DNA of 64,000 nucleotides from Anaerolineae bacterium (lineage in GTDB: Bacteria; Chloroflexota; Anaerolineae; Aggregatilineales; J027). The stretch spans positions 1,761-65,760 of the forward strand of contig JAJTXY010000011.1 of assembly GCA_021463865.1 (NCBI GenBank), in the 5' to 3' direction. The notes under the pieces were generated by a model. That model saw only the letters and a list, made by a program, of their open reading frames with translations, was not told the origin of the DNA and did no database searches. A program made the translations under genes and the position numbers. The number at the start of each line of letters is the position of its first letter. The stretch's first letter is position 1. This document shows, piece after piece, positions 8,886-19,263 of this stretch.

Positions 8886-9081
8886 CGTGTCCTCTCTGCT
8901 ATAATTAGGTTATTCGGGCAGCGGCTGCGTCAGACACCAGCCGTTTTTGTTTTTCTGGTTTATTCGTGATAAAACAAAAGCAGCTTCCTCAATGCTTTCC
9001 ATAAGCCACAGGAAACTGCTCTGCTATCAAGCCTATTAAATTGCAATATTACGTGATACTCAGGGTTATCACTAGGTAATC

Positions 9082-10086
9082 ATGACGGACACCCTAACAC
9101 ACCTCCAAAAAGCCACCTGTATTGCCACCAGCAATATTGCATTTGTAAAATATTGGGGGCGGATCAATGATACCCTCCGCCTACCCATGAACGGTTCGAT
9201 TTCGATGAATTTGGATTCGGCCTTCACAACGACCACCGTCGAATTTGATGAATCATTGACCGCCGACCAATTTTCACTGGCAAACCAACCCGCCAATGCC
9301 AAACAATCTGCACGAGTGTTTAGCCATGTAGATCGCATCCGGGCTATGGCAGGTATTCAAACACGGGCACGGGTGGCTTCAGAAAATAATTTCCCAACCG
9401 GTGCAGGCATTGCCTCATCCGCCTCAGCCTTTGCCGCCCTCAGTGTCGCCACAGTCAGAGCCGCTGGATTATCACTCTCCGAACGTGAATTAACCCTCTT
9501 GGCGCGGCAAGGGTCGGGGTCGGCCTGTCGTTCCATACCAGCGGGTTTTGTCGAATGGCATTACGGGGAAACCAATGAAGCATCCTTTGCCGAACAAATC
9601 GCCGCACCAGAGCATTGGGACATCCGTGACTTAATCGCAATTACCCAGACTACCCATAAAGAAGTTGGGTCAGCCGATGGCAATAAATTGGTCAGCACCA
9701 GCCCCTTTAATGACACCCGCGTTAAATTGGCCGGGGCAAGCCTTAATATCATCCGTCGCGCGATTTTGGAAAAGAATTGGACAACTTTTGGTGAAGAAAC
9801 CGAACGTGAGGCCATCCGACTGCATGTGATTGCGATGACCTCGCAACCACCGATTTATTATTGGAGTCCGGTGACATTGGCAATCATCCAAGCGGTAAAT
9901 GAGTGGCGGCGGGATGGACTCGAGGCCTATTTTACAATTGACGCCGGAGCGAATGTGCATGTCCTAGCCAAAGCCGAGGATGCCGATGAGGTAGAAAATC
10001 GCTTGTGGCAGCAAGAGGGGGTCAAAATTGTGCTGCACAACAAACCCGGCATGGGAGCGCAGATAGTCGAATCCCATCTTTTTTAG
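9082..10086 (+). CDS. mvaD: diphosphomevalonate decarboxylase family protein (possibly phosphomevalonate decarboxylase)
   Basis: NIAFVKYWGRINDTLRLPMNGSISMNLD and PTGAGIASSASAFAAL are GHMP-kinase-fold MVD motifs. Confidence 0.8.
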   Translation: MTDTLTHLQKATCIATSNIAFVKYWGRINDTLRLPMNGSISMNLDSAFTTTTVEFDESLTADQFSLANQPANAKQSARVFSHVDRIRAMAGIQTRARVASENNFPTGAGIASSASAFAALSVATVRAAGLSLSERELTLLARQGSGSACRSIPAGFVEWHYGETNEASFAEQIAAPEHWDIRDLIAITQTTHKEVGSADGNKLVSTSPFNDTRVKLAGASLNIIRRAILEKNWTTFGEETEREAIRLHVIAMTSQPPIYYWSPVTLAIIQAVNEWRRDGLEAYFTIDAGANVHVLAKAEDADEVENRLWQQEGVKIVLHNKPGMGAQIVESHLF

Positions 10087-10135
10087 TGCTACTTGACCAG
10101 CAAGGCAGTTATCGCTAAAATGCGTAATCACACAA

Positions 10136-10216
10136 GGGGCAGTGGCGAAATGGCAAACGCAGCAGTCTTAAAAACTGCGGAGGAAACTCTTGTGGGTTCG
10201 ACTCCCACCTGCCCTA
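10136..10216 (+). tRNA. tRNA-Leu (anticodon UAA), type II with long variable arm, no encoded CCA
   Basis: Hand-folded cloverleaf. Acceptor GGGGCAG/CTGCCCT, 3-bp D stem GCG/CGC, anticodon arm GCAGT-CTTAAAA-ACTGC, variable arm GGAGGAAACTCTT, T arm GTGGG-TTCGACT-CCCAC, discriminator A. Confidence 0.9.
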
Positions 10217-10258
10217 CATCGTAGATTAAATGGAAAATTTTATAAATGTTACAATCAG

Positions 10259-10292
10259 CCTGATTCAAAAGTGATTTGAGTCGGGTTTTTTT
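10259..10292 (+). terminator. intrinsic terminator after tRNA-Leu
   Basis: CCTGATTCAAA-agtga-TTTGAGTCGGG forms an 11 bp stem including G-U pairs, followed by T7. Confidence 0.6.
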
Positions 10293-10409
10293 GTTTAAAA
10301 TGGACTTCACATTTGCTAGGGTTTGGTTACATTAGATAATTTGTACAGGAATTCACGAAACTAGCGCGTCTTTGTCTGCGTAGACTACTAATAGATATAG
10401 GAGTAAAGG

Positions 10410-12614
10410 ATGGCTGGTAAGAGCTATGATCTCTGGCTGAGAGCAACCCGCGACAATCTGAAAGACCTTTACAGTTTCATGGCAGCAGTCAGCGCGGCCC
10501 TCAATCTCGATGAAAAAACTCACTTCGATATTGAACTCGCCAGCGAAGAAGCAATTACCAACATCATGTCCCATGCCTATCAAGGGGATGAAGAGGGTCG
10601 AATTTTTATGCGACTCACCCAGATGAATGGCGAGCTTCGTCTCCACATTCAAGATTGGGGCAAGCCATTCGACCCAGAGTCCATTCCCGATTATGACCCC
10701 CATGCCCCCATTGAAAGGCGCATCAAGGGTGGGATGGGAATGCACTTTATGCGTACCTTGATGGACAACGTAGACTATAAATTTGATGGAGCGAATGGAA
10801 CTACATTGACGATGACAAAGATTTTGGATTTAGACGCGCTTCGGGGTGCTCCCCAACCCGAAATCGAACGCGAATTACTGGTTTTTGAGGAGGTCGGTTG
10901 GGCGTTGACCAATGCCCGCGATGTGGACGACCTGCTCAATTTGATTGTGGACAAGCTGCGCCAAGTGGTAGATGCGGATCGCGGCACATTGTATTTAATG
11001 GATGAGCAGACGGGTGAACTGGTCTCCAAAGTGCTACATGATGATACAGGCCGCCTCACCGAAATCCGCCTGAAGATGGGGCAGGGTATCGCGGGACATG
11101 TGGCCCAAACGGGGGAAACGGTCAACGTTTTTTCGACCAAAGATAATCCGTATTTTGCTAAATCCTTCGACCAAGCATCCGGCTATGTCACCCGCAATAT
11201 GATTTGTACCCCCATGCGCGATGGCCGCCGAAGGGTCATCGGGGTGATCCAGCTACTCAATAAATTGCATGGTGTGTTCACCCCCCGCGACGAAACCATC
11301 CTCAAGGTGCTGGCCTCTGAAGCCGCCATTGCCATCGAAAATGCCCGACTGCTGGCATCGGAACAATCCAAACGTGAATTGGCCGATACTCTGCGCGAAA
11401 TCACTGCGATCATCAACAGTACACTCGAACTGCAAGAAGTATTGGATTTGATGTTGCAGGAACTGGAGCGGGTGCTGCCCTTTGATGGCGGGGCCATTCT
11501 GTTGACTGATGGCGAGGATATGGTTATTCGGGCCATTCGGGGCTATGCTGATCAAGAAACCAGCGACACTTTAGAATCACGTCTTTTTAAAACATCGGAA
11601 AACGTCTTATTTCAAGAAATGATTTCCACTTGGGAGCCGATTATTATCCCGGATGTGGAGCAAGACCCACGTTGGATAAAAATTAGCACCACCGCCGGGA
11701 TGCACAGTTGGATGGGTGTCCCATTGATTGTGGAAGATCGTGTCATCGGAGAATTGGGCATTACCAGCCGCCAGATCAATTTTTATGCCGATGAACACGC
11801 TGAGGTAGCACAGGCGTTTGCCAATCAAGCCGCCGCCTCGATTGAACGCGCCCGCCTCTATCAACAAACGATTTTGCAAGCCCGTCTGCAACAAGAAGTC
11901 GAGACCGCCAAGAAAATCCAAACCAGCTTTTTGCCAGAATTCGCGCCAAGCTACCCCGGTTGGGATATTGCCGCCAGTTGGCAACCTGCCCAAGAGGTCG
12001 CGGGCGATTTTTATGACTTTTTTAACCTACCAGATGGTCGAATTGGTTTTGTGGTAGCGGATGTATGCGGCAAGGGCATTCCAGCGGCCTTGTTTATGGC
12101 CCTTTCGCGCACCATTTTCCGTGTCTTGGCGATGTCATCGGAAGACGCTCCTGACCAATTGCTGCATGAAGTTAATAATCAGATTCGCGCTGATAATCGG
12201 GCTAATTTGTTCGTCACGCTGTTTTATGGGGTATTGGACCCGCTCAATGGTGAACTGCATTACTGCAATGGGGGTCATAATCCCCCCGTCTTTGTCGGAA
12301 ACGATGGAAGTTATAAAATGATAGAAGCTGGTGGGACAGCGCTCGGCATTTTTGCCAACGTCCCCTATCGAGCCGAAAAAATAACTTTACAACCGGGCGA
12401 TGTCTTGGTCGCCTATACTGACGGTGTGACCGAGGCCATCAACCGTGAGGAATTTGAATATGGCGAAGAAAATCTGATGGAGTGTATCTATCGCAATCGC
12501 CACTATACAGCGCAGGAAATCTCGTTGGCAATCGCTACCGATGTTTATACTTTTTCGCACGGCCTGCCCCCAGCTGACGATGCGACCATCGTGGTGATTA
12601 AGCGCAGCGAATAA
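10410..12614 (+). CDS. fused signalling protein: RsbW/SpoIIAB-like HATPase domain + two GAF domains + PP2C (SpoIIE-type) phosphatase
   Basis: The N-terminus [14 protein letters not shown]...GGMGMHFM is anti-sigma-kinase-like. Two GAF-like segments follow (GTLYLMD...GIAGHVA; ...AILLTD...WMGVPL). The C-terminus AGDFYDF...[15 protein letters not shown]...GGHNPP...YTDGVTE is PP2C/SpoIIE-type. Confidence 0.75.
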   Translation: MAGKSYDLWLRATRDNLKDLYSFMAAVSAALNLDEKTHFDIELASEEAITNIMSHAYQGDEEGRIFMRLTQMNGELRLHIQDWGKPFDPESIPDYDPHAPIERRIKGGMGMHFMRTLMDNVDYKFDGANGTTLTMTKILDLDALRGAPQPEIERELLVFEEVGWALTNARDVDDLLNLIVDKLRQVVDADRGTLYLMDEQTGELVSKVLHDDTGRLTEIRLKMGQGIAGHVAQTGETVNVFSTKDNPYFAKSFDQASGYVTRNMICTPMRDGRRRVIGVIQLLNKLHGVFTPRDETILKVLASEAAIAIENARLLASEQSKRELADTLREITAIINSTLELQEVLDLMLQELERVLPFDGGAILLTDGEDMVIRAIRGYADQETSDTLESRLFKTSENVLFQEMISTWEPIIIPDVEQDPRWIKISTTAGMHSWMGVPLIVEDRVIGELGITSRQINFYADEHAEVAQAFANQAAASIERARLYQQTILQARLQQEVETAKKIQTSFLPEFAPSYPGWDIAASWQPAQEVAGDFYDFFNLPDGRIGFVVADVCGKGIPAALFMALSRTIFRVLAMSSEDAPDQLLHEVNNQIRADNRANLFVTLFYGVLDPLNGELHYCNGGHNPPVFVGNDGSYKMIEAGGTALGIFANVPYRAEKITLQPGDVLVAYTDGVTEAINREEFEYGEENLMECIYRNRHYTAQEISLAIATDVYTFSHGLPPADDATIVVIKRSE

Positions 12615-12658
12615 TCAAAAATCTATTTATATCCAAACAAAGGCAGGTAAAAATCCCC

Positions 12659-14413
12659 ATGTCTGCTGTTACATCTTCTGTCCCAAGCGACCTTGATATT
12701 GCACAGGCCGCCACGCTCCAACCCATCCTCAAAATTGCTGATTTACTTGGTTTAAATGAGGATGACCTCGATCTATATGGTAAATACAAAGCCAAAGTCC
12801 ATCTCGATGTCCTAAAACGCTTCAAAGATCGCCCGCAAGGCAAATACATTGAAGTCACCGCCATTACCCCTACCCCGTTGGGCGAAGGCAAAACAACCAC
12901 TTCAGTTGGTCTGACCCAAGCCCTCGGCCAGTTGGGGCGCAACGCCATTGTCTGTCTGCGTCAACCCAGTCAGGGGCCGACCTTTGGTATCAAGGGTGGG
13001 GCTGCCGGGGGTGGTTATAGCCAAGTCATCCCAATGGAAGATTTTAATTTACACCTGACGGGTGACATCCACGCTATCAGTGCTGCCCACAATCTTGTGG
13101 CCGCGGCTATTGATTCGCGCATCTTCCACGAGAGCACCCGTACCGACGAGCAGCTTGCCAAACAGGGCCTGACCCGTCTGGATATTGACCCCTACAACAT
13201 CACATGGAATCGGGTGGTGGATGTCAATGACCGCGTACTCCGTAATGTCATCGTCGGTTTGGGGCCACACGCCGATGGTCTGCCGCGTCAAACAGGCTAT
13301 GACATCACTGTCGCCAGCGAAATAATGGCGATTTTGGCCCTCTCCACCAGCCTGCAAGATTTACGGCAGCGGGTTGGACGGGTCGTAATTGGTACCAATC
13401 GGGCAGGCAAACCCATCACGCTTGAAGATATGAAGGTGGCAGGCGCGGTCACTGTCTTGATGAAAGACACCATCATGCCAAACCTGCTGCAAACGCTTGA
13501 GGGGCAGGCGGCCTTTATCCATGCTGGCCCCTTCGCCAATATCGCACACGGCAACAGCAGCGTGATTGCCGACCAAATCGCCCTCCGCTTGGGTGAATAT
13601 GTGGTGACGGAAAGCGGTTTTGGTTCAGACATGGGCATGGAGAAATTCTTCGACATCAAATGTCGGGTCAGTGGCCTGATTCCTCATTGTGTGGTACTGG
13701 TCAGCACCATCCGCGCCATGAAGATGCACGGCGGCGGGCCAAAAGTAACCCCCGGCAAGAAATTGGACAAAGCGTATCTGGAAGAAAATCTGAAACTGCT
13801 CGAAGCAGGTGCAGTCAATATGGTGGCGCATATCGAAATTGCTCGTAAATTCGGTGTGCCCGTCGTGGTCGCCATCAATCGCTTCACCCAAGACACCCCT
13901 GCTGAGATTGCATTGGTGAAGAAAATTGCCGAGGCCGCTGGTGCCCATGCCGCGATTGCGACCAACCATTGGGCCGAAGGAGGTAAAGGGGCGTTGGAAC
14001 TCGCCGAAGCTGTTGAAGATGCTGCCAATCAACCCAGTGACTTCCGTTTCCTCTATCCGCTGGACATCCCGATTAAAGACAAAATCCGCACACTGGCCCG
14101 TGAGGTTTATGGTGCTGAGGACGTCTCGTTTGACCCGAAGGCCGAAGAACAAATCGAAGCGTATGAAGCGAATGGTTTTGGCGGTCTGCCCATTTGTATG
14201 GCAAAGACCCACCTCAGCCTCAGCCATAACCCTGATTGGAAAGGCCGTCCGACAGGCTACACCTTCCCGATTCGTGAAGTGCGAGCCAGCGTTGGCGCAG
14301 GATTCATTTATCCCATCGCGGGTGAGATGCGCACCATGCCCGGCCTAAGCCTAAAACCCGCCTATATGAGCGTGGACATTGACGAAAATGGTCGAGTCAT
14401 GGGTTTGTTCTAA
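12659..14413 (+). CDS. fhs: formate--tetrahydrofolate ligase
   Basis: [15 protein letters not shown], the length of 584 aa and the overall FTHFS pattern. Confidence 0.95.
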   Translation: MSAVTSSVPSDLDIAQAATLQPILKIADLLGLNEDDLDLYGKYKAKVHLDVLKRFKDRPQGKYIEVTAITPTPLGEGKTTTSVGLTQALGQLGRNAIVCLRQPSQGPTFGIKGGAAGGGYSQVIPMEDFNLHLTGDIHAISAAHNLVAAAIDSRIFHESTRTDEQLAKQGLTRLDIDPYNITWNRVVDVNDRVLRNVIVGLGPHADGLPRQTGYDITVASEIMAILALSTSLQDLRQRVGRVVIGTNRAGKPITLEDMKVAGAVTVLMKDTIMPNLLQTLEGQAAFIHAGPFANIAHGNSSVIADQIALRLGEYVVTESGFGSDMGMEKFFDIKCRVSGLIPHCVVLVSTIRAMKMHGGGPKVTPGKKLDKAYLEENLKLLEAGAVNMVAHIEIARKFGVPVVVAINRFTQDTPAEIALVKKIAEAAGAHAAIATNHWAEGGKGALELAEAVEDAANQPSDFRFLYPLDIPIKDKIRTLAREVYGAEDVSFDPKAEEQIEAYEANGFGGLPICMAKTHLSLSHNPDWKGRPTGYTFPIREVRASVGAGFIYPIAGEMRTMPGLSLKPAYMSVDIDENGRVMGLF

Positions 14414-14416
14414 GCA

Positions 14417-14968
14417 ATGAATGATGAACTCCGGCTTCTATTTGAGACCGATCAGGCCGAACGGATAGATCATCCCAAGTATGGGACGCCGGAGTATTGG
14501 GCGCTGCGTGAACGAGATCGTCTGCGGCGGGTGCGGGTGAGAGAAATCATCGCATCTGGTGGCTGTACAACCGCAGAAGATTTTTATCACGCGGCGCTGA
14601 TCTTTCAACACGGGGATGCACTTGAGGAAATCGCACAGGCCCATCAACTGGCGAAGCAAAGTGTGGATTTAGGCCATGCCTCGGCCCGTTGGTTGGCGGC
14701 GGCTTCGCTGGATCGCTGGCTGATGGTTCAAGGCCAACCGCAGAAATTCGGCACGCAGTTTGTTCCAGACGGCAAACGTCATCGCCTGTGGGATGTTGAC
14801 CCCACGACTACCGATGCCGAACGCACCGCATGGGATGTCCTCACCCTCGCTGAACAATTGGAACGGGCCGAAGAACTCAACCGGACTGGCGAACCCATGC
14901 CGCCAGTGGATGACGCCCCACAGTGGCTTAAAGATGCTGTTCGACGCTGGGAAAGCACAGAATCCTAA
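14417..14968 (+). CDS. hypothetical protein
   Basis: 183-aa ORF starting 3 nt after fhs. No motif recognised. Confidence 0.55.
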   Translation: MNDELRLLFETDQAERIDHPKYGTPEYWALRERDRLRRVRVREIIASGGCTTAEDFYHAALIFQHGDALEEIAQAHQLAKQSVDLGHASARWLAAASLDRWLMVQGQPQKFGTQFVPDGKRHRLWDVDPTTTDAERTAWDVLTLAEQLERAEELNRTGEPMPPVDDAPQWLKDAVRRWESTES

Positions 14969-15020
14969 CTCTATGTTATGATTGGGGTGCAGCGTAAAAT
15001 CTTCTTTAAGGGTGAATGTC

Positions 15021-16301
15021 ATGCCAGATGTAAACCAATTAGTCGAAAAAGCGATCACTGCTTATAAAGCCAAGCAAAAATCACAGGCCCGTGAATTGTT
15101 GATGCAGGCCGTTGATATGGATGATAAACATGAACAGGCATGGTTATGGCTGAGTGCAGTCGTGGACTCAGTGGAAGATCAGCAGGTCTGTTTAGAAAAT
15201 GTGCTGACCATCAACCCAAAAAATGATCGCGCCCGTAAAGGTCTGGAAGAACTTTATAAAAAACAAGGCAAGCCCATGCCGCCCCAATTTGCCAACCCCG
15301 GTGGAGCACAACCATCCTCATCACTGGGAAGCGGTTGGGATGCGGTGGATGATAGTTGGGGAGCGGTCAATGCTTCCAATAGTGGTACATCTAATCGCAG
15401 CAACCCATTTGACGGAACAGGCTTTGATGCTAACCCGTGGGGATCGGATTCTAATGACGCCCTCTATGGGGCCGCAGCCAGCCCAGATGCTCCTCCCACC
15501 AGCGTCGAATGGAACAAGGGCGGCGATAAATCAGCCTACGGTTCTGGTCGGCAGGTCGCACAGCCGAGTTCGGATGAATATGACCAATGGCTCGCCAGCC
15601 TCAATTTAGGTCAAGGGCCTTCTAGCACACCAGCCGCCACTCCAACACCGCCTCCGCCACCCGCCGCGAGTCCTTGGAATTCTACATCCACACCAACACC
15701 CTCAAGCAGCGCATTTTCATTTGATGCAGACGATCTTTCGAGCAATCTAAATGCCGCTGTCCGTTCGGAGGGGACAAAGAAGAAGGACAGTGATCCATTT
15801 GGCGGGGCTTCAGCTTTCGCGGACGATTCGGATACGCATTCGCCCTTTGATTTTGGCACCCCTCCCCAAAAAACCTCTGGTCGCGCCGCAGAACCTATTG
15901 AGCCATTTCAGGTGACGACCCGTCTCTCTGATTTCTCAGACGAAACAAACCAACGCACCTCTTTTTTTGATGACGAGCCGCCCTCTATTTTTGGCGATGA
16001 AGATGACCCCTTTGGAGCAGGCACGGACTTCGCTTTTGATGACGATGATCCGTTTGCAGGTATCAACGAAAATATACCCGTCGCGTCTAGTAAGCCCGCT
16101 AAGGCAACCAAGAAGAAAGAGAAGAAACCCAATTCCCGCAAACCGACCATCTCTGCCGAAGAAGCCATGTATTACGCGGCGATTCCGACGGACATCACGG
16201 CCAAAGCCAAAAGTGGCGGTCAGGGAATGTTGATGTTGAGCACCTTAATGTTGCTGATTCTCAATATTGTGGCGGTGGTTGGTCTGGTGATGAGCCTATA
16301 A
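15021..16301 (+). CDS. TPR-like N-terminal domain protein with long disordered Ser/Pro/Asp-rich region and C-terminal TM anchor
   Basis: The N-terminus ...ARELLMQAVDMDDKHEQAWLWLSAVV...INPKNDRARKGLEEL is a TPR-like pair. The C-terminus MLMLSTLMLLILNIVAVVGLVM is hydrophobic. Start chosen at MPDVNQL. Confidence 0.6.
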   Translation: MPDVNQLVEKAITAYKAKQKSQARELLMQAVDMDDKHEQAWLWLSAVVDSVEDQQVCLENVLTINPKNDRARKGLEELYKKQGKPMPPQFANPGGAQPSSSLGSGWDAVDDSWGAVNASNSGTSNRSNPFDGTGFDANPWGSDSNDALYGAAASPDAPPTSVEWNKGGDKSAYGSGRQVAQPSSDEYDQWLASLNLGQGPSSTPAATPTPPPPPAASPWNSTSTPTPSSSAFSFDADDLSSNLNAAVRSEGTKKKDSDPFGGASAFADDSDTHSPFDFGTPPQKTSGRAAEPIEPFQVTTRLSDFSDETNQRTSFFDDEPPSIFGDEDDPFGAGTDFAFDDDDPFAGINENIPVASSKPAKATKKKEKKPNSRKPTISAEEAMYYAAIPTDITAKAKSGGQGMLMLSTLMLLILNIVAVVGLVMSL

Positions 16302-16304
16302 AAA

Positions 16305-16341
16305 GAAAAAGGGCGACCCACTACTGGTATCGCCCTTTTTT
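16305..16341. terminator. bidirectional intrinsic terminator between convergent genes
   Basis: AAAAA-GGGCGA-N13-TCGCCC-TTTTTT. Confidence 0.7.
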
Positions 16342-16351
16342 GTTCGTAGGA

Positions 16352-19168
16352 TTAGACCACGACACTAATCATCTTGCGGTCAGCGATGTAGATGACTTTG
16401 CGCGGCTGCTTACCTTCCAAATATTTCTGGACGGCAGGCGAGGCCAATGTGTATTGCGTCGCTTCCTCTTGCGTCACCCCAGCGGGTACAACGATACGGT
16501 CACGCACCTTGCCATTCACTTGAATCACCAATTCAATTTCATCCTCGGCGGCAATAGCAGGATCATACACAGGCCACTGCTGATGATGGATACTGTAGGG
16601 TTGACCCATGCGGGCCCATAGCTCCTCCGCAATAAACGGCGTCACCGGAGCCATCAATTTCAGCATGGTTTCAACGGCCTCTTGCCATGCCTCGGCGCTA
16701 ACATCGCCCGCCCGTTGGATGGCATTTTTGAATTCCATCAGACCTGCCACCGCCGTATTAAAGCTAAACGCGCCCATATCGTCAGTGACCCGTTTGATAG
16801 CCTGATGTGTCTTACGCCGCAGATCACGATCCGCTTTGCTGGTATCTTCAACCGCCGCAACCGCAGATGGGGCGGCGTGGACGATATTCCACACGTCCTC
16901 CAACCAGCGCACGACACCCTTAATGCCCTGACTATCCCATGGGCCGCCTTTCTCCCACCGGAAGGCAAACATCATATAGGCGCGGGTGGTATCCGCTCCA
17001 TACTGCTCCACAATCTGATCAGGGTTGACCACATTGCCCTTGCTCTTGGACATCTTTTCTACGTCCAAACGATATTTAATCTGGTCAATGCCGCCGCCTG
17101 CCCCAAAGCCAGCGATTTCAAAAGTGGTGTCCGGGTCAGTTTCGACAATCACATCCCGGCCTTCGGGTGTTTCAACGGTCAGTGTATTCTCGCTGCGTTT
17201 GGTCACCTCACCCACGACAATTGTCGCACTGGCCGAGGGGGCATCCTCAAATGAACCAATGACAGCCACATCGTTAGCCATGAACTTGTGTCCTTCATAA
17301 TGACCGGATGCCACGATGATATGTCCATCACGTGGTTCACCCAAAATGATGCCCTGATTGCGCAGGACAATCATGGGTTCATTGAAAATACGCTCAATTT
17401 CGGCCTCAGTTGCCCCGTTTTGGCGCATGACGGCGATAGTATCATCAAAAATGCCGCAGTCCCGCATGGCTTTGGTGAAGTAGCGTGTGTACAACAGGTG
17501 CATCGTGGCGTGTTCAATCCCGCCCGTGTAGGTATCCACTGGCAGCCAATAAGCTGCTTCTTGTGGATCAAAGGCCTCGTCATTATCCCACGGGCTTAGA
17601 TAGCGATATTGATACCATGATGAGCACATAAAGGTATCCATCGTATCGGTTTCGCGTTTGGCAGGGCCGCCACACTTGGGACAGGTCGTATTTAGGAAAC
17701 CGGGGTGTGAGCGTAATGGACTTTCACCCGTTGGCATGAATTCCACATCGTCCGGCAGCAGCACGGGCAGGTCACTTTCGGGGACAGGCACTGCCCCACA
17801 GTTGTCACAATAGATAATCGGAATCGGCGCACCCCAATAGCGCTGACGGCTAATTAACCAATCGCGCAGGCGGTAGTTAATTCCTAGTTTGCCGATCTGA
17901 TTTTCTTCCAGCCATGCCGTCACCGCTTTGACACCGGGATTCTTACTGCCCTTCTCTTCATTCACCGGCGTGCCATTAAACGGGCCGCTGTTGACCATCA
18001 CCCCTGACCCTGACCATGCCTCGACCATCGTATCGCCATTCAAAGGTTCGGTGCCTTCTGGCTGAATCACAGGGATAATCGGTAGGTTGAATTTACGGGC
18101 AAAAGCGAAGTCGCGTTCATCATGGGCTGGCACTGCCATAATCGCCCCTGTTCCGTAGGTCAGCAGGACATAATCGGCAATCCAAATTGGAATCCGCTCC
18201 CGATTAACTGGATTAATGGCATACCCCCCCGTCCACACCCCCGTTTTTTCTTTCCCTTCGGCGGTACGATCAATTTCCGACTTGCGTCCAGCCGCCTCAA
18301 TATAAGCCGCCACCTCATTTTGTTGGGCTGGCGTCGTCACTTTTTGTACCAATGGGTGTTCGGGGGCCAACACCATAAAAGTCGCCCCCCACAGTGTGTC
18401 GGGTCGGGTGGTAAAGATTTCGATGGGGTCTTCATCTTCGGTCATGAAGGTGACATAAGCTCCTTCACTGCGCCCGATCCAATTTTCCTGCATGAACCGT
18501 ACACGCTCCGGCCAATCAATCTTGCTATAGTCCAGCAGTTCTTCGGCATATTTGGTAATGCGGAAAAACCATTGGTCTAGGTCTTTCTTGATGACGGGTG
18601 TCCCGCAGCGTTCACAAACGCGATCTTCGCCAACAACCTGCTCACGAGCTAACGTAGTATTGCAGTTCGGACAGAAATCCACCGACGACATTTTCTTATA
18701 GGCTAGGCCGTTTTCATAAAACTTCAGGAAAAACCATTCCGTCCATTTGTAGTATTCGGGGTCGCAGCTAATGACCTCGCGGGACCAATCAAACATCGCC
18801 CCCATCTTTTTCATTTGGCCTTCCATCCGCTTGATATTGGCATACGTCCATGTTTTGGGATGGATACGACGTTGAATAGCGGCGTTTTCGGCGGGCAAGC
18901 CAAACGCATCAAAGCCCATCGGGAACATTACATTGTAACCCTGCATCCGCATAAAACGGGCACGTGCATCGGATGGGGCCATTGGATACCAATGACCGAT
19001 ATGCAAGTCACCACTGGTATAGGGGAGCATCGTCAGCGCATAATATTTAGGGCGGCTGCGGTCAATTTGGCTGCGATACAGTTCATCTTGCTCCCATTTT
19101 TCGCGCCATTTGGCTTCAACTTCTGACGGGACATAGGTCATCGTTTTTTGCTGGTCAGTCATCGTCAT
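16352..19168 (-). CDS. leuS: leucine--tRNA ligase
   Basis: HIGHWY (HIGH motif), KMSKSKGN, a CP1 editing domain pattern and a length of 938 aa. Confidence 0.95.
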   Translation of the reverse strand: MTMTDQQKTMTYVPSEVEAKWREKWEQDELYRSQIDRSRPKYYALTMLPYTSGDLHIGHWYPMAPSDARARFMRMQGYNVMFPMGFDAFGLPAENAAIQRRIHPKTWTYANIKRMEGQMKKMGAMFDWSREVISCDPEYYKWTEWFFLKFYENGLAYKKMSSVDFCPNCNTTLAREQVVGEDRVCERCGTPVIKKDLDQWFFRITKYAEELLDYSKIDWPERVRFMQENWIGRSEGAYVTFMTEDEDPIEIFTTRPDTLWGATFMVLAPEHPLVQKVTTPAQQNEVAAYIEAAGRKSEIDRTAEGKEKTGVWTGGYAINPVNRERIPIWIADYVLLTYGTGAIMAVPAHDERDFAFARKFNLPIIPVIQPEGTEPLNGDTMVEAWSGSGVMVNSGPFNGTPVNEEKGSKNPGVKAVTAWLEENQIGKLGINYRLRDWLISRQRYWGAPIPIIYCDNCGAVPVPESDLPVLLPDDVEFMPTGESPLRSHPGFLNTTCPKCGGPAKRETDTMDTFMCSSWYQYRYLSPWDNDEAFDPQEAAYWLPVDTYTGGIEHATMHLLYTRYFTKAMRDCGIFDDTIAVMRQNGATEAEIERIFNEPMIVLRNQGIILGEPRDGHIIVASGHYEGHKFMANDVAVIGSFEDAPSASATIVVGEVTKRSENTLTVETPEGRDVIVETDPDTTFEIAGFGAGGGIDQIKYRLDVEKMSKSKGNVVNPDQIVEQYGADTTRAYMMFAFRWEKGGPWDSQGIKGVVRWLEDVWNIVHAAPSAVAAVEDTSKADRDLRRKTHQAIKRVTDDMGAFSFNTAVAGLMEFKNAIQRAGDVSAEAWQEAVETMLKLMAPVTPFIAEELWARMGQPYSIHHQQWPVYDPAIAAEDEIELVIQVNGKVRDRIVVPAGVTQEEATQYTLASPAVQKYLEGKQPRKVIYIADRKMISVVV

Positions 19169-19193
19169 CTCCCTTTACTTATAAAAATGCAAC

Positions 19194-19223
19194 AAAAAAC
19201 CGCACGGTTTGGGCCGCACGGTT
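19194..19223 (-). terminator. intrinsic terminator/attenuator hairpin ending about 25 nt before the leuS start codon
   Basis: On the minus strand, AACCGTGCGG-CCCAAA-CCGTGCGGTT forms a 10 bp stem with 2 G-U pairs, running into TTTTTTG. The RBS AAAGGGAG and the ATG at 19168 follow. Confidence 0.65.
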
Positions 19224-19263
19224 CTTGAAAGTTCCCGGTTAAGTGTTAAAGGGGGCTGGTCGC

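Noticed and set aside
8886-10216. tRNA-Leu as the integration (att) site of the mobile module
   Set aside because: The MVD gene lies between the module and the tRNA. I saw no duplicated tRNA 3' fragment near 8.9-9.1 kb, and no integrase is in view.
10128-10310. 60-aa minus-strand ORF
   Set aside because: It lies directly over the tRNA-Leu gene and its terminator.
13625-14227. 200-aa minus-strand ORF, with similar long antisense ORFs at 16682..17254, 50765..51325, 56025..56546 and 58751..59221
   Set aside because: All lie opposite confidently identified genes (fhs, leuS, matrixin, cimA, leuC) and lack motifs. They are shadow ORFs typical of moderately GC-rich DNA.
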